A stretch of DNA of 64,000 nt from positions 608,001 through 672,000 of the forward strand of contig OZ245011.1 in NCBI GenBank assembly GCA_965223665.1. The letters run 5' to 3'. Position 1 is the first letter of the stretch; each line of letters begins with the position of its first letter. This document shows positions 48,851 through 58,065 of the stretch, one piece after another. A model generated the notes under the pieces. The model saw only the letters and a list, made by a program, of their open reading frames with translations. It was not told the DNA's origin and searched no databases. The translations under genes were made by a program, and so were the position numbers. Origin of the DNA: Nitrospinaceae bacterium. Its GTDB lineage: Bacteria; Nitrospinota; Nitrospinia; Nitrospinales; Nitrospinaceae.

Positions 48851-51045
48851 TGCAATTCCTTTTCTTGAGTAGCAATAGGCTGCGAAATTCGATCGTAATC
48901 GTCTTTAAGCTGGTTCTCGAAATATTTCACCTGATCAAATAATTCATGAACTTTCTCATCAATTTCTTTTAAATGCTCTGAAAGTTCCTTTAAGTCGTGA
49001 TCCTGAGTATCCTTTAAAAAGATTTCACAACGTTTCGCATGATGGGAAATATGCTCTACTAAATCATGAACAACCGTAATATTCTTTTGAATTTGATTGG
49101 CTTCAACTTTTAAATCCTGGGTTGCTTTTTCCATTTTAATTCCAAAGGTATAAATTAAAGCTCCAGCATATGCTATTAAAAGTACCATTTGCCCAATAAA
49201 AGTTTCCCAAGTTGGATACATTCCCAGCCATGGAATCTCAGGTGCGAAATTGGCTACGGTCATGGAAATCTGGTTCCCCATCTGTAATTCATGAAGACCT
49301 TTTCCCATAAACACAAAAGCAAGAAAATATAGAAAAACACTGGTAAAAGCGAAAAACCATTTCACAGGTATTCGCAAGCCAATTTTATTTATTAAAAAAT
49401 ATACAACTGCGAGGAGAAGACAACCTGCGAAAAAACCAGGAACAATACCCCCAGATTGTTCCCCAGCATATAAATAAAGGGCTTTATAAAAGAGTATAGT
49501 TTCGAAGCCTTCTCGATACACAGATAAAAAAGCAACTGTTCCAAGGGTAAATGCACTACCAGTTGAAACGGCTTGTTGCATTTTCCCTGTTATATAACTT
49601 TGCCAACGAGCGGTTTCAATTTTTGAAACTAACCAATAGCTCACGTAAAACAAAACCACCATAGCTATTAACATGATCCAGCCTTCCATAAGTTCCTGGC
49701 TAGCTGTACTGATTTTTAATATTTCCTTGAGAATATATGCGGTTATGAAACTTCCAATTATTCCAATGCCCACTCCCATATATACAGATTTGAGCTTATC
49801 TCTATTTTTTGATTTAATTAAAAATGTAATTAAAGCCGCCACAATAAGGATAGCCTCAAAGCCTTCTCTCACAATTATTGATAAAGACTGAATAAAAAGT
49901 CCGAAGAATCCAATCTTTTGAGTTAAAATCTTTTGAGCTTCATCCAAATCAGTTTGTATATCACCAACTATTTTTTGAACCAAGTCAATTGAGGCATTCC
50001 TCTTCATTTCTGCTTGAAGACGACCGAATAACGATTCTAATCTCAGTCCTAGCTCTTTACGCTTTGTTAATAGAGGTGATTCAAGTTTTTCGTATGTCAA
50101 ATATGCATCAAAGGATTTTTCTGATGCTGCCTTATTATCTCCACTCTTAAATGTTTCTAAGCTATCTGCTAGAAGTGTATTTACTTCCTTGAAAATTGAA
50201 TTGACTTTATCTCTTCCGGAGGCACTTTCGATTTTATTTTCGGGATTGGAAACAATTAAAGGAATCTCAACGTTGGAATTAGAAAAGGTTCGTATAAAAT
50301 ACGTTAAATCCCAAATTTCATTTTCTTTGAATTGGTCTCCCCAGCCCACCATGGCTGTTCCGGCTATGCCTACATTAATAATTTGGAAGTTATCATAGGG
50401 TTTTGAAAGTTTATTACCTGTAATATTGGGATCAGCTAAAACTGCTGGTTTGGGATCTAATTGTTCTGCGATTGGCCCGTCTCCCTGCCCGGATACTCCA
50501 TGGCAGATTTTGCAATTATTCATGTACAAATTTCTGCCATTTTCTAACGAAACCGGCTCGGTGGGAGTTTTACTCAATTCCACGCCAAATGCTTTAAGAA
50601 TATCTGTATTTAAGCTGTTAACTTTTTGATTGATTTCTAAAGGGTCTGCTTTAGCTAAAATGGTTTTCTTTAAGCTTTGAAATTTTGCTTCAAATTTTTC
50701 TGTTAAGTCTTTAGCAATATTTTGGGAGATTGAATGGAAACGATCATTAGCTTGACTAAGAAAAACCTGGCTTTCTTCATACTCGGCCGCATTGATTACT
50801 TTTCCATTTGAAATTCCTTCCGCGTACTCTTTATTAACAATATTCATCATCATTACTATTTTTTTGACTTGAGAATTTGTTTTATTTAAAGGTGTTTGGG
50901 CAATGGAAGGTGAAGAAAAAGTTAAGCCTGTTATCCCCATTAAAGATAAAAATATTAGGATTATTCTATAACTTCTTAAAAAAGTGGCCAGGCAGGGCCT
51001 AAAACTAACCTTATTTATTTGCACCAAAAATCTCCCGAAAAGCAA
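48847..51045 (-). CDS. Cytochrome c / FTR1 family iron permease (start may be GTG at 51024)
   Basis: CKICH heme motif; two REGFE motifs in the TM domain; GGGAG SD before GTG 51024. Confidence 0.92.
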   Translation of the reverse strand: MLFGRFLVQINKVSFRPCLATFLRSYRIILIFLSLMGITGLTFSSPSIAQTPLNKTNSQVKKIVMMMNIVNKEYAEGISNGKVINAAEYEESQVFLSQANDRFHSISQNIAKDLTEKFEAKFQSLKKTILAKADPLEINQKVNSLNTDILKAFGVELSKTPTEPVSLENGRNLYMNNCKICHGVSGQGDGPIAEQLDPKPAVLADPNITGNKLSKPYDNFQIINVGIAGTAMVGWGDQFKENEIWDLTYFIRTFSNSNVEIPLIVSNPENKIESASGRDKVNSIFKEVNTLLADSLETFKSGDNKAASEKSFDAYLTYEKLESPLLTKRKELGLRLESLFGRLQAEMKRNASIDLVQKIVGDIQTDLDEAQKILTQKIGFFGLFIQSLSIIVREGFEAILIVAALITFLIKSKNRDKLKSVYMGVGIGIIGSFITAYILKEILKISTASQELMEGWIMLIAMVVLFYVSYWLVSKIETARWQSYITGKMQQAVSTGSAFTLGTVAFLSVYREGFETILFYKALYLYAGEQSGGIVPGFFAGCLLLAVVYFLINKIGLRIPVKWFFAFTSVFLYFLAFVFMGKGLHELQMGNQISMTVANFAPEIPWLGMYPTWETFIGQMVLLIAYAGALIYTFGIKMEKATQDLKVEANQIQKNITVVHDLVEHISHHAKRCEIFLKDTQDHDLKELSEHLKEIDEKVHELFDQVKYFENQLKDDYDRISQPIATQEKELH

Positions 51046-51061
51046 TAAACAGACATGTATT

Positions 51062-51081
51062 AATAATGAGAATTGTTATCA
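51062..51081. promoter_or_regulatory. Fur box
   Basis: AATAATGAGAATTGTTATC matches GATAATGATAATCATTATC at 15/19; upstream of the iron permease. Confidence 0.8.
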
Positions 51082-51109
51082 ATATATTCTCAACCATATT
51101 AATTGTCAA
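51081..51109 (-). promoter_or_regulatory. Sigma70 promoter of the FTR1 operon
   Basis: TTGACA-17 nt-TATATT on the minus strand, abutting the Fur box. Confidence 0.7.
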
Positions 51110-51363
51110 TAAGTAAGAGTTTATCCTATACAATCATAGATACTATTTGAGACAACTTATTCAATTTTTTGGCTTTTCGTTATTTTTCCATTAAAAATTA
51201 TCTTAATAACCTGGAATTTATCTTGAAACCTTATTATTTTAATTTCTTAATAATTTCGATTTGTAATAAACTCATTTATTATTAAAGAATTAAATTAATA
51301 GGTTTAGCTAAGTAATTTATTAAATTTAAATACCTAAATAATTGATACTAAAAAGATAAAATT

Positions 51364-52893
51364 ATGAAGTTAGGTGAAGCCCAGAATGCTCTGAATGAAA
51401 AGTTAAAAGAATTATCCCATTTAGGAAATGTGGTGGGCCTGATGCATTGGGATCAGGAAGTTATGATGCCTGCAGGCGCAACAAATTCTAGAGCCCAGCA
51501 ACTTTCTCTGTTAGCGGGGATTTATCATGAAAAGCTGACCAGTCCAATAATAAATGACTTATTGAATCAAATTGAAGAAGGTTCTTTGGACCAATTAAAT
51601 GCATATGAAATATGTAATATTAAGGAAGCCCGTAGGAATTATGATAGAGCAATAAAAGTACCCAAAGATTTAGTTCAAAAAATAGCAGAATTGAGTTCCA
51701 GGGGACATAAAATATGGGCTAATGCCCGTGAGAATAATAAATTTGGGGAGTTTGCTCCTTGTTTAAAAGAGTTAGTAGAACTCAAAAAACAATGGGCCGG
51801 ATACATAGATCCTGAAAAACCTGCATATGATATAAATATCGATGATTTTGAAAGAGGGTTTAGCATTAAAATAATTGACCCTTTATTTCAAAAATTAAAA
51901 GAAGAACTGATTCCCCTAATCCAAAATATACAAGAAAGTTCTTACTCACCTGATAGGTCATTTTTAAATAAAAAGTACCCTATTACAAAACAAGAATCTC
52001 TGGGTAAACAAATTGCTAAAGAAATAGGGTTCGATTTCAATTTTGGAAGAATGGATACCTCCGTACATCCTTTTTGTGGAGGGGGAGACTACACAGATGT
52101 GAGGATTACTACACGTTATAGTGAAGATGACTTCATTGAATCTTTATACGCTGTAATTCATGAAACAGGTCATGGATTGTATGAACAGGGGAGAAATAAA
52201 AAATATGCGGGTTTGCCTGTTTCTGAAGCGCTTTCTATGGGAATGCATGAATCCCAATCCTTGTTTTGGGAAAAATTGATTGGAAGAAAAAAAGCCTTTA
52301 TTGTTAATTATTTAGATCTTTTTAATTTAACCTTTGCTAGAACATTTGATGGAGTAAGTCCTCAACAATTTTATGAGGCAATAAATATATGTGAACCATC
52401 ATTAATTCGAGTAGATGCGGATGAGGTGACCTATCCACTCCATATAATATTACGTTATGAAATTGAAAAAGGTCTATTTGATGGAACTATGGAAGTTGAT
52501 GAATTACCAGAAATATGGAACCAAAAAATGCAAGATTATTTGGGAATTCGACCACCCAGTGATACTTTAGGAGTGTTGCAGGATGTTCACTGGAGTGGAG
52601 GAAGTTTCGGATATTTTCCTTCGTATACTTTAGGCGCTTTGTTTGCTGCCCAATTTTATCAAACCATAGCGAATGAAATCCCAGAAACAAACCAAATAAT
52701 TGAAGAAGGCAATTTTGAGGTGATAAAAAATTGGCTTAATGAAAAAATTCATTCACAAGGAATCCTTTATTCTACGGATGAACTATTAAATAAGGTGACG
52801 GGACAAAGTCTAAATCCAGAAATTTTTATATCTTACCTAAAGAAAAAATATCAGGAAATTTATAAACTTGATCTTAATTCCTTCCCAAATTAA
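51364..52893 (+). CDS. Carboxypeptidase, M32 family
   Basis: HPF, HETGH, HESQ, IRVDADE, QDVHW, GYFPSY. Confidence 0.96.
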   Translation: MKLGEAQNALNEKLKELSHLGNVVGLMHWDQEVMMPAGATNSRAQQLSLLAGIYHEKLTSPIINDLLNQIEEGSLDQLNAYEICNIKEARRNYDRAIKVPKDLVQKIAELSSRGHKIWANARENNKFGEFAPCLKELVELKKQWAGYIDPEKPAYDINIDDFERGFSIKIIDPLFQKLKEELIPLIQNIQESSYSPDRSFLNKKYPITKQESLGKQIAKEIGFDFNFGRMDTSVHPFCGGGDYTDVRITTRYSEDDFIESLYAVIHETGHGLYEQGRNKKYAGLPVSEALSMGMHESQSLFWEKLIGRKKAFIVNYLDLFNLTFARTFDGVSPQQFYEAINICEPSLIRVDADEVTYPLHIILRYEIEKGLFDGTMEVDELPEIWNQKMQDYLGIRPPSDTLGVLQDVHWSGGSFGYFPSYTLGALFAAQFYQTIANEIPETNQIIEEGNFEVIKNWLNEKIHSQGILYSTDELLNKVTGQSLNPEIFISYLKKKYQEIYKLDLNSFPN

Positions 52894-52902
52894 AATTTAC
52901 AA

Positions 52903-53403
52903 ATGAGCATGCAATCCCAAAAAAAACCAGTATACATTGAAGATTATTGCTCCGTTTGTCGTAATCCATTACCAAAAAATGCCCTTTTTTGTGAACATTG
53001 TGGTCCCAAAAAAATAAACTTTGACCATTCCATTGATGCACAATTACCGGTTGGGAAAACTATTCGTTGGATTTCAATATTAACCATTATTTTTGGAATT
53101 TTGGTTTTTTTTAAATTGGATTTTAAAAAAGACAAAATGACAATAGAAGATCAAGATATTCAAGAAGAAGTTAAATCCGAACCAGAGATTCCCAAAGATA
53201 AGGACTATGAAATTTTTCACTATATTAATGTCAACCAGGCATTTATTAGAGATCAAGCCAGTAGTAAAGGGAAAATAGTAATGGTTGTCACTAAGGAAGA
53301 TAAAATTACAGTTTTAGAAAAAGGGGATCATTGGACGAAGGTCAAAGTAAACCAAAATATTGGATGGGTTGGAACGCGGCTGCTGACAGGAACTATAGAG
53401 TAG
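52903..53403 (+). CDS. Zinc-ribbon/TM/SH3 domain protein
   Basis: CSVC...FCEHCG, one TM helix, SH3b-like W.KV....IGWV. Confidence 0.78.
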   Translation: MSMQSQKKPVYIEDYCSVCRNPLPKNALFCEHCGPKKINFDHSIDAQLPVGKTIRWISILTIIFGILVFFKLDFKKDKMTIEDQDIQEEVKSEPEIPKDKDYEIFHYINVNQAFIRDQASSKGKIVMVVTKEDKITVLEKGDHWTKVKVNQNIGWVGTRLLTGTIE

Positions 53404-53410
53404 AAAAAAA

Positions 53411-54028
53411 TTATTGGGATTGAATCAATTTTGATTTAACTTTTTCTAATTCTTCTTTTAACATCTTATAATTATGAGTAACAGGAAATTGAGGAAATTC
53501 TTTTGTAATAGATTCCGGTGGACAAAAGAATATCCCGGCATCAGCTTCCTTTAGCATTCCTGTGTCATTATAAGAATCCCCTGAAGCCACAACTTTAAAA
53601 TTTAAACTTTTCAAAGCAGCTACCGCTTTTGTTTTACCATCGTGTTGCCTCAGTTGATAATTGACTATTTTCCCATTTGAATCGACTACTAAAGAATTAC
53701 AAAACAAAGTGGGGTAATCCAGTTGTTGCATTAAAGGTCCGGCAAATTGATAAAAAGTATCAGAAAGTATAATGACTTGAAACTCGCTTTTTAGCCAGTT
53801 TAGAAACTCATAGGCTCCATCCATGGGTTTAATTTCTTTTATAACTTTTTGGATGTCATCAAGCTTTAAATTATGTTCATCTAAAATTTTTAATCTCCCT
53901 TTCATTAATTCATCATAATCGGGGATATCTCGTGTAGTAAGCCGTAACTTATCAATACCTGTTTTTTCAGCAAAGGCTATCCAAATTTCTGGTATCAAAA
54001 CTCCTTCTAAATCTAAACAGGCTAGCAT
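53411..54028 (-). CDS. thrH: Phosphoserine phosphatase/homoserine phosphotransferase
   Basis: CLDLEGVL.PEIW, TTRDIPDYD.LM, GDSYND. Confidence 0.95.
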   Translation of the reverse strand: MLACLDLEGVLIPEIWIAFAEKTGIDKLRLTTRDIPDYDELMKGRLKILDEHNLKLDDIQKVIKEIKPMDGAYEFLNWLKSEFQVIILSDTFYQFAGPLMQQLDYPTLFCNSLVVDSNGKIVNYQLRQHDGKTKAVAALKSLNFKVVASGDSYNDTGMLKEADAGIFFCPPESITKEFPQFPVTHNYKMLKEELEKVKSKLIQSQ

Positions 54029-54111
54029 TATATTTATCCTTATTAAAAAGTTTTAAAAGATGGATTTGGGAAAGGGAGTTTATTATAGAAAAAGAAAACA
54101 AGAAAACAAGT

Positions 54112-55698
54112 CTAATTCACTGGGGGATTTGATTTTTTTTGTAATTTTCTGTCTTTTAAAAGTTTTACCAAAAAATCCCACTCCTCATTTTTCAATAAGC
54201 GGGATACAAATATAAAAATTGCCACTCCACAACTTATTTCCATTATCAAAGTAAACAATCGATAAATAAAAATTGCATCTGGATCAAAGAAATTTTTATT
54301 TCCAAAATGGACTGCAAGACCCATTATGGTAGAAGCTATGATAAGTTTTAAAAGAGAATTAATAATTTTTCTGCCACCTAACCGACCAAGTTTTTTTTTC
54401 AAAAAATACACCAGCACAGCAGCATTGAATATTGAGGATATTGAGGATGCCAAAGCCAGTCCCCCATGCTTGAGCGGATTCATTAAAACTATTCCAAGCC
54501 CTATATTTAATAGCATGGAATAAATACCAACTCTCATAGGGGTTTTAGTGTCTTGAAGTGAATAATATGCAGAGACAAGAATTTTTGATCCAGAAAAGGC
54601 GCACAAACCTACAGAAAAATATACAAGAGCAATGCTGGTCCCTTCCGTTGTCATTCTCAAAAACTCGCCTCTTTCCCAAAGAGTGTTGACTATAGGGAAA
54701 CTTAAAAGTATTAACCCAATGGTCGCTGGTACAGTAATAAATAATATAAGGCGAATTCCAAAAGAGAGAGTATCTCTTACTTCCTTAAAGTTTTTCTGTG
54801 CGACTTGTTGAGTCAGCATTGGGAGTAAGGCAATACTTAAAGCCACCCCAAATACACCCAAAGGTAATTGAACCAATCGGTTTGCATAATAAAGATAGGA
54901 AATAGATCCTCCCGCTAATAAAGAGCCTAATAAAGTATCAACCAATAAATTAACTTCATATACTCCAAAGCTTACAATACCTGGAAGTAATAATTTCCCA
55001 GCTCTTATTACTCCTGGATCCTTAAAATTTAAATAGGTTGAAAGTTTAAATCCACAACGAAAGGTGGCTGGTAGTTGAACTAAAAGCTGGGCAATTCCGC
55101 CCAATAAAACACCTATAGCTAATCCAATAATTGAGGGATTGGTTAAAGGAGAAATAATCCAGGCACCCAATATCATGCAAATGTTTAGCAAAATGGGACC
55201 AGCGGCTGGAAGTGCAAATATCCCATGTGAATTTAATATTCCCATACAGTAAGCTGCGATTCCCACTAAAACTAAATAAGGTGCCATCCATTGTGTGAGG
55301 GTCACCGTTATTTCAAATTTAGCAGGTTCATCAATAAAGCCTGGAGCAAATGCCATGATGATATAGGGCGCTAAAAAGAATATTGCCAAGGACGAGATAA
55401 GGAGGATTAATAACTGAATATTAAACAGGTTGGAGGTAAACCGATCAGTTTCCTCAGCACTCTTAGTTTTCAGGTATTCCCCGTAAAGAGGGATCATGGC
55501 TGCGGTGACTGCACCTTCTCCTAGAATTCTTCTTTGAATATTGGGAATTCGAAATGCCACAAAAAAAGCGTCTGCCTGTGGGGAGGCCCCGAATATCATT
55601 GCAATCACCAAATCCCTTATAAAACCAAATAGCCTTGAAAGGAGTGTCATGGAACCTACTGTTCCTGCGGCAAGGCTGACCTTCTTATTATTTTCCAT
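54112..55698 (-). CDS. murJ: Lipid II flippase MurJ
   Basis: LSRLFGFIRD, AFRIPN..RR..GEGA, YYANRLVQLPLG. Confidence 0.97.
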   Translation of the reverse strand: MENNKKVSLAAGTVGSMTLLSRLFGFIRDLVIAMIFGASPQADAFFVAFRIPNIQRRILGEGAVTAAMIPLYGEYLKTKSAEETDRFTSNLFNIQLLILLISSLAIFFLAPYIIMAFAPGFIDEPAKFEITVTLTQWMAPYLVLVGIAAYCMGILNSHGIFALPAAGPILLNICMILGAWIISPLTNPSIIGLAIGVLLGGIAQLLVQLPATFRCGFKLSTYLNFKDPGVIRAGKLLLPGIVSFGVYEVNLLVDTLLGSLLAGGSISYLYYANRLVQLPLGVFGVALSIALLPMLTQQVAQKNFKEVRDTLSFGIRLILFITVPATIGLILLSFPIVNTLWERGEFLRMTTEGTSIALVYFSVGLCAFSGSKILVSAYYSLQDTKTPMRVGIYSMLLNIGLGIVLMNPLKHGGLALASSISSIFNAAVLVYFLKKKLGRLGGRKIINSLLKLIIASTIMGLAVHFGNKNFFDPDAIFIYRLFTLIMEISCGVAIFIFVSRLLKNEEWDFLVKLLKDRKLQKKSNPPVN

Positions 55699-55942
55699 GA
55701 GAGTAACGATTGGTAGTTTGGGAAAAATTAAGTTTTACAATGAAAAGCTTCTGGGGAAATTAAATTTTTTTATTTTTGGATTATTATGATTAAAATGGCA
55801 GAACATTTCTTAGCCAGTATAGCAGAATATTTTTTTTGGGAACATAAACGAAAATTAGCTAGAACAAAAAAAGAGATGCTCAAATATTCTTGTTATAATA
55901 TTAAGGTAACTCTTATCGGTCACCTTTATTCTGAAAAATATA

Positions 55943-56536
55943 ATGCCTAGGTTAAAACTAAAACCAAAAAATCAAAAATCGTTTGAGAAAATTCAGAAAG
56001 CATTGGAAGGGACTTCCATAATACAGAGACAAGAATCACTCACCTATGGAAGATGGGATTTTGTGGTCTACGGACCCTCTTCCAAAAAAGAAACTATTTT
56101 AAGGCAGGGGTATGCTGAGCATGCTTCAATTCAAAGAGCACCCCTTTATGTTGCGACACTTGCTGATCCCGGGAATACAGGGATTGGGGGGGTCCCTTTA
56201 GAAGAACTCCTTCCTGAAAACGAAATTCCAAAAGAGTATGAGGGGCTTGAAATCATTCAAATTGATCCAATTCGCCCCTTAACAATTACAGAAAAACAGT
56301 CCCTCCCAGAATTAAATAAAGCAGAAGATGTAATAGGTAAAAAATTTGAATCAAAAAATACTGCTATAATTAAATCATTAAAGGCGGAAGATTGGGTGAT
56401 TTCTGTGATGAAATATTTAAATGAAACTGATAAATTTTTTCCGGATCTTATTCAAACAAATTTCCACAATGAAGTTCTCCAAAGAAACTCGTTTTCAGGA
56501 AAGGGTTTGCAAAATAATTCTAATTTATTGAATTGA
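55943..56536 (+). CDS. Hypothetical protein
   Basis: 197-aa ORF at the head of the thiD-tenA unit; no recognised motif. Confidence 0.6.
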   Translation: MPRLKLKPKNQKSFEKIQKALEGTSIIQRQESLTYGRWDFVVYGPSSKKETILRQGYAEHASIQRAPLYVATLADPGNTGIGGVPLEELLPENEIPKEYEGLEIIQIDPIRPLTITEKQSLPELNKAEDVIGKKFESKNTAIIKSLKAEDWVISVMKYLNETDKFFPDLIQTNFHNEVLQRNSFSGKGLQNNSNLLN

Positions 56537-56562
56537 TTCCAACCGTAAATTTTATTCCCTCA

Positions 56563-57393
56563 ATGAATCCTGTCCAAAAATATAAAACGGTTCTTACAAT
56601 TGCGGGTTCAGACCCAAGCGGTGGGGCAGGTATACAAGCCGATCTTAAAACTTTTTCTGCATTGGGTTGTTATGGAATGTCAGCAATTACTTCTCTCACG
56701 GCCCAAAATACACAAGGTGTACAAGGTGTTCATAATGTTCCCTCGGATTTTGTGTTTGACCAAATCAAATCGATTGCAAAAGATATTAATTTAGATGCAA
56801 TTAAAATTGGTATGTTACATAATTCCAAAACTATTAAGACAGTCGCCGCTGCAATAAAAGAATTTAAGCTTAAAAATATTGTATTAGATCCAGTGATTTA
56901 TGCGAAAGGAGGGGATAAGTTACTGGAAGATGATGCAGTTGATTCTCTTAAAAATGAGTTATTTCCCTTGGCAAGAATTATTACTCCAAATTTGAGGGAA
57001 GCCAATCATTTGGTAAAATTTAAGTTTCAACAATTGGATCAAATTGAAAAAGCGGCATCTGAATTATGTATTCATTATAATACTGCAGTTGTAATAAAAG
57101 GGATAGGACATGAGAACCAGAAAAGCGATGATTGTCTCTCTATACCTTCAGAAAACAGTTTAAATGAAATTATTTGGTTAAATCACAACCGAGTGAATAC
57201 ATTAAACGTCCATGGTGCTGGTTGTACTTTTTCTTCATCCATTGCTGCATTCCTTGCTCAAAATAAAAATTTAAAAGATGCAGTTTTTCTTGCAAAAGAA
57301 TTCACAACCAAAGCCATTATTTCTGGAATGAATTTTAAATTAGGGCAGGGACATGGCCCAGTAAAGCATTTTTATCAATTTTGGAAAAATTAA
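56563..57393 (+). CDS. thiD: Hydroxymethylpyrimidine/phosphomethylpyrimidine kinase
   Basis: LTIAGSDPSGGAGIQADLK, TAQNT.GV, HGAGC. Confidence 0.95.
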   Translation: MNPVQKYKTVLTIAGSDPSGGAGIQADLKTFSALGCYGMSAITSLTAQNTQGVQGVHNVPSDFVFDQIKSIAKDINLDAIKIGMLHNSKTIKTVAAAIKEFKLKNIVLDPVIYAKGGDKLLEDDAVDSLKNELFPLARIITPNLREANHLVKFKFQQLDQIEKAASELCIHYNTAVVIKGIGHENQKSDDCLSIPSENSLNEIIWLNHNRVNTLNVHGAGCTFSSSIAAFLAQNKNLKDAVFLAKEFTTKAIISGMNFKLGQGHGPVKHFYQFWKN

Positions 57394-57402
57394 AAGGAAA
57401 GT

Positions 57403-58053
57403 ATGAAATTCTCCGAAGAAGCTTGGGCTTCAATTCAAAATATATACAAAGAAATTTTGAATCATCCTTTTAACCAGGAATTAGCAAAAGGAATTTTAGC
57501 TAAAGAAAAGTTTCAATATTACTTAAAACAAGATTCACTTTATTTAGTAGATTTCTCCAGGGCACTGGCTATTTCGGCCTCAAAGGCACCTAATCCAGAT
57601 GATATTGTTTTATTGCTCCATTTCGCCGAGGGGGCTATCGTTGCTGAACGAGGTTTACATCAATCCTATTTCGATTTATACGAAATCACATTGGATGTGG
57701 GGCAAGGCCCAGGTTGTTTTGCCTATACAAATTTTCTTAAATCTACAACAGCACACCAGAGTTACGAGATTGGGGCGGCAGCATTACTTCCTTGTTTTTG
57801 GATATATCGGGAAGTGGGTTTAGAAATACATAAAAACTCAAATTCTGAAAATCCTTATAGAAAGTGGATTGATACTTATTCAGGAAAAGAATTTATTGAT
57901 GTGGTAGACCAAGCCATTGATTGGACAGATAGGGTGGCATCCAAGGCCGGTTCGGAGGATTTATTAAAAATGAAACAAGCGTTTATACAATCGACACAAC
58001 TGGAGTGGATGTTTTGGGATTGTGCTTATCGTTTAGAGCAATGGAATCCTTAA
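57403..58053 (+). CDS. tenA: Thiaminase II / TenA
   Basis: HPF, YLKQD..YL, LLPCFWIY, LEWMFWD. Confidence 0.93.
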   Translation: MKFSEEAWASIQNIYKEILNHPFNQELAKGILAKEKFQYYLKQDSLYLVDFSRALAISASKAPNPDDIVLLLHFAEGAIVAERGLHQSYFDLYEITLDVGQGPGCFAYTNFLKSTTAHQSYEIGAAALLPCFWIYREVGLEIHKNSNSENPYRKWIDTYSGKEFIDVVDQAIDWTDRVASKAGSEDLLKMKQAFIQSTQLEWMFWDCAYRLEQWNP

Positions 58054-58065
58054 TTAAATTATTTT

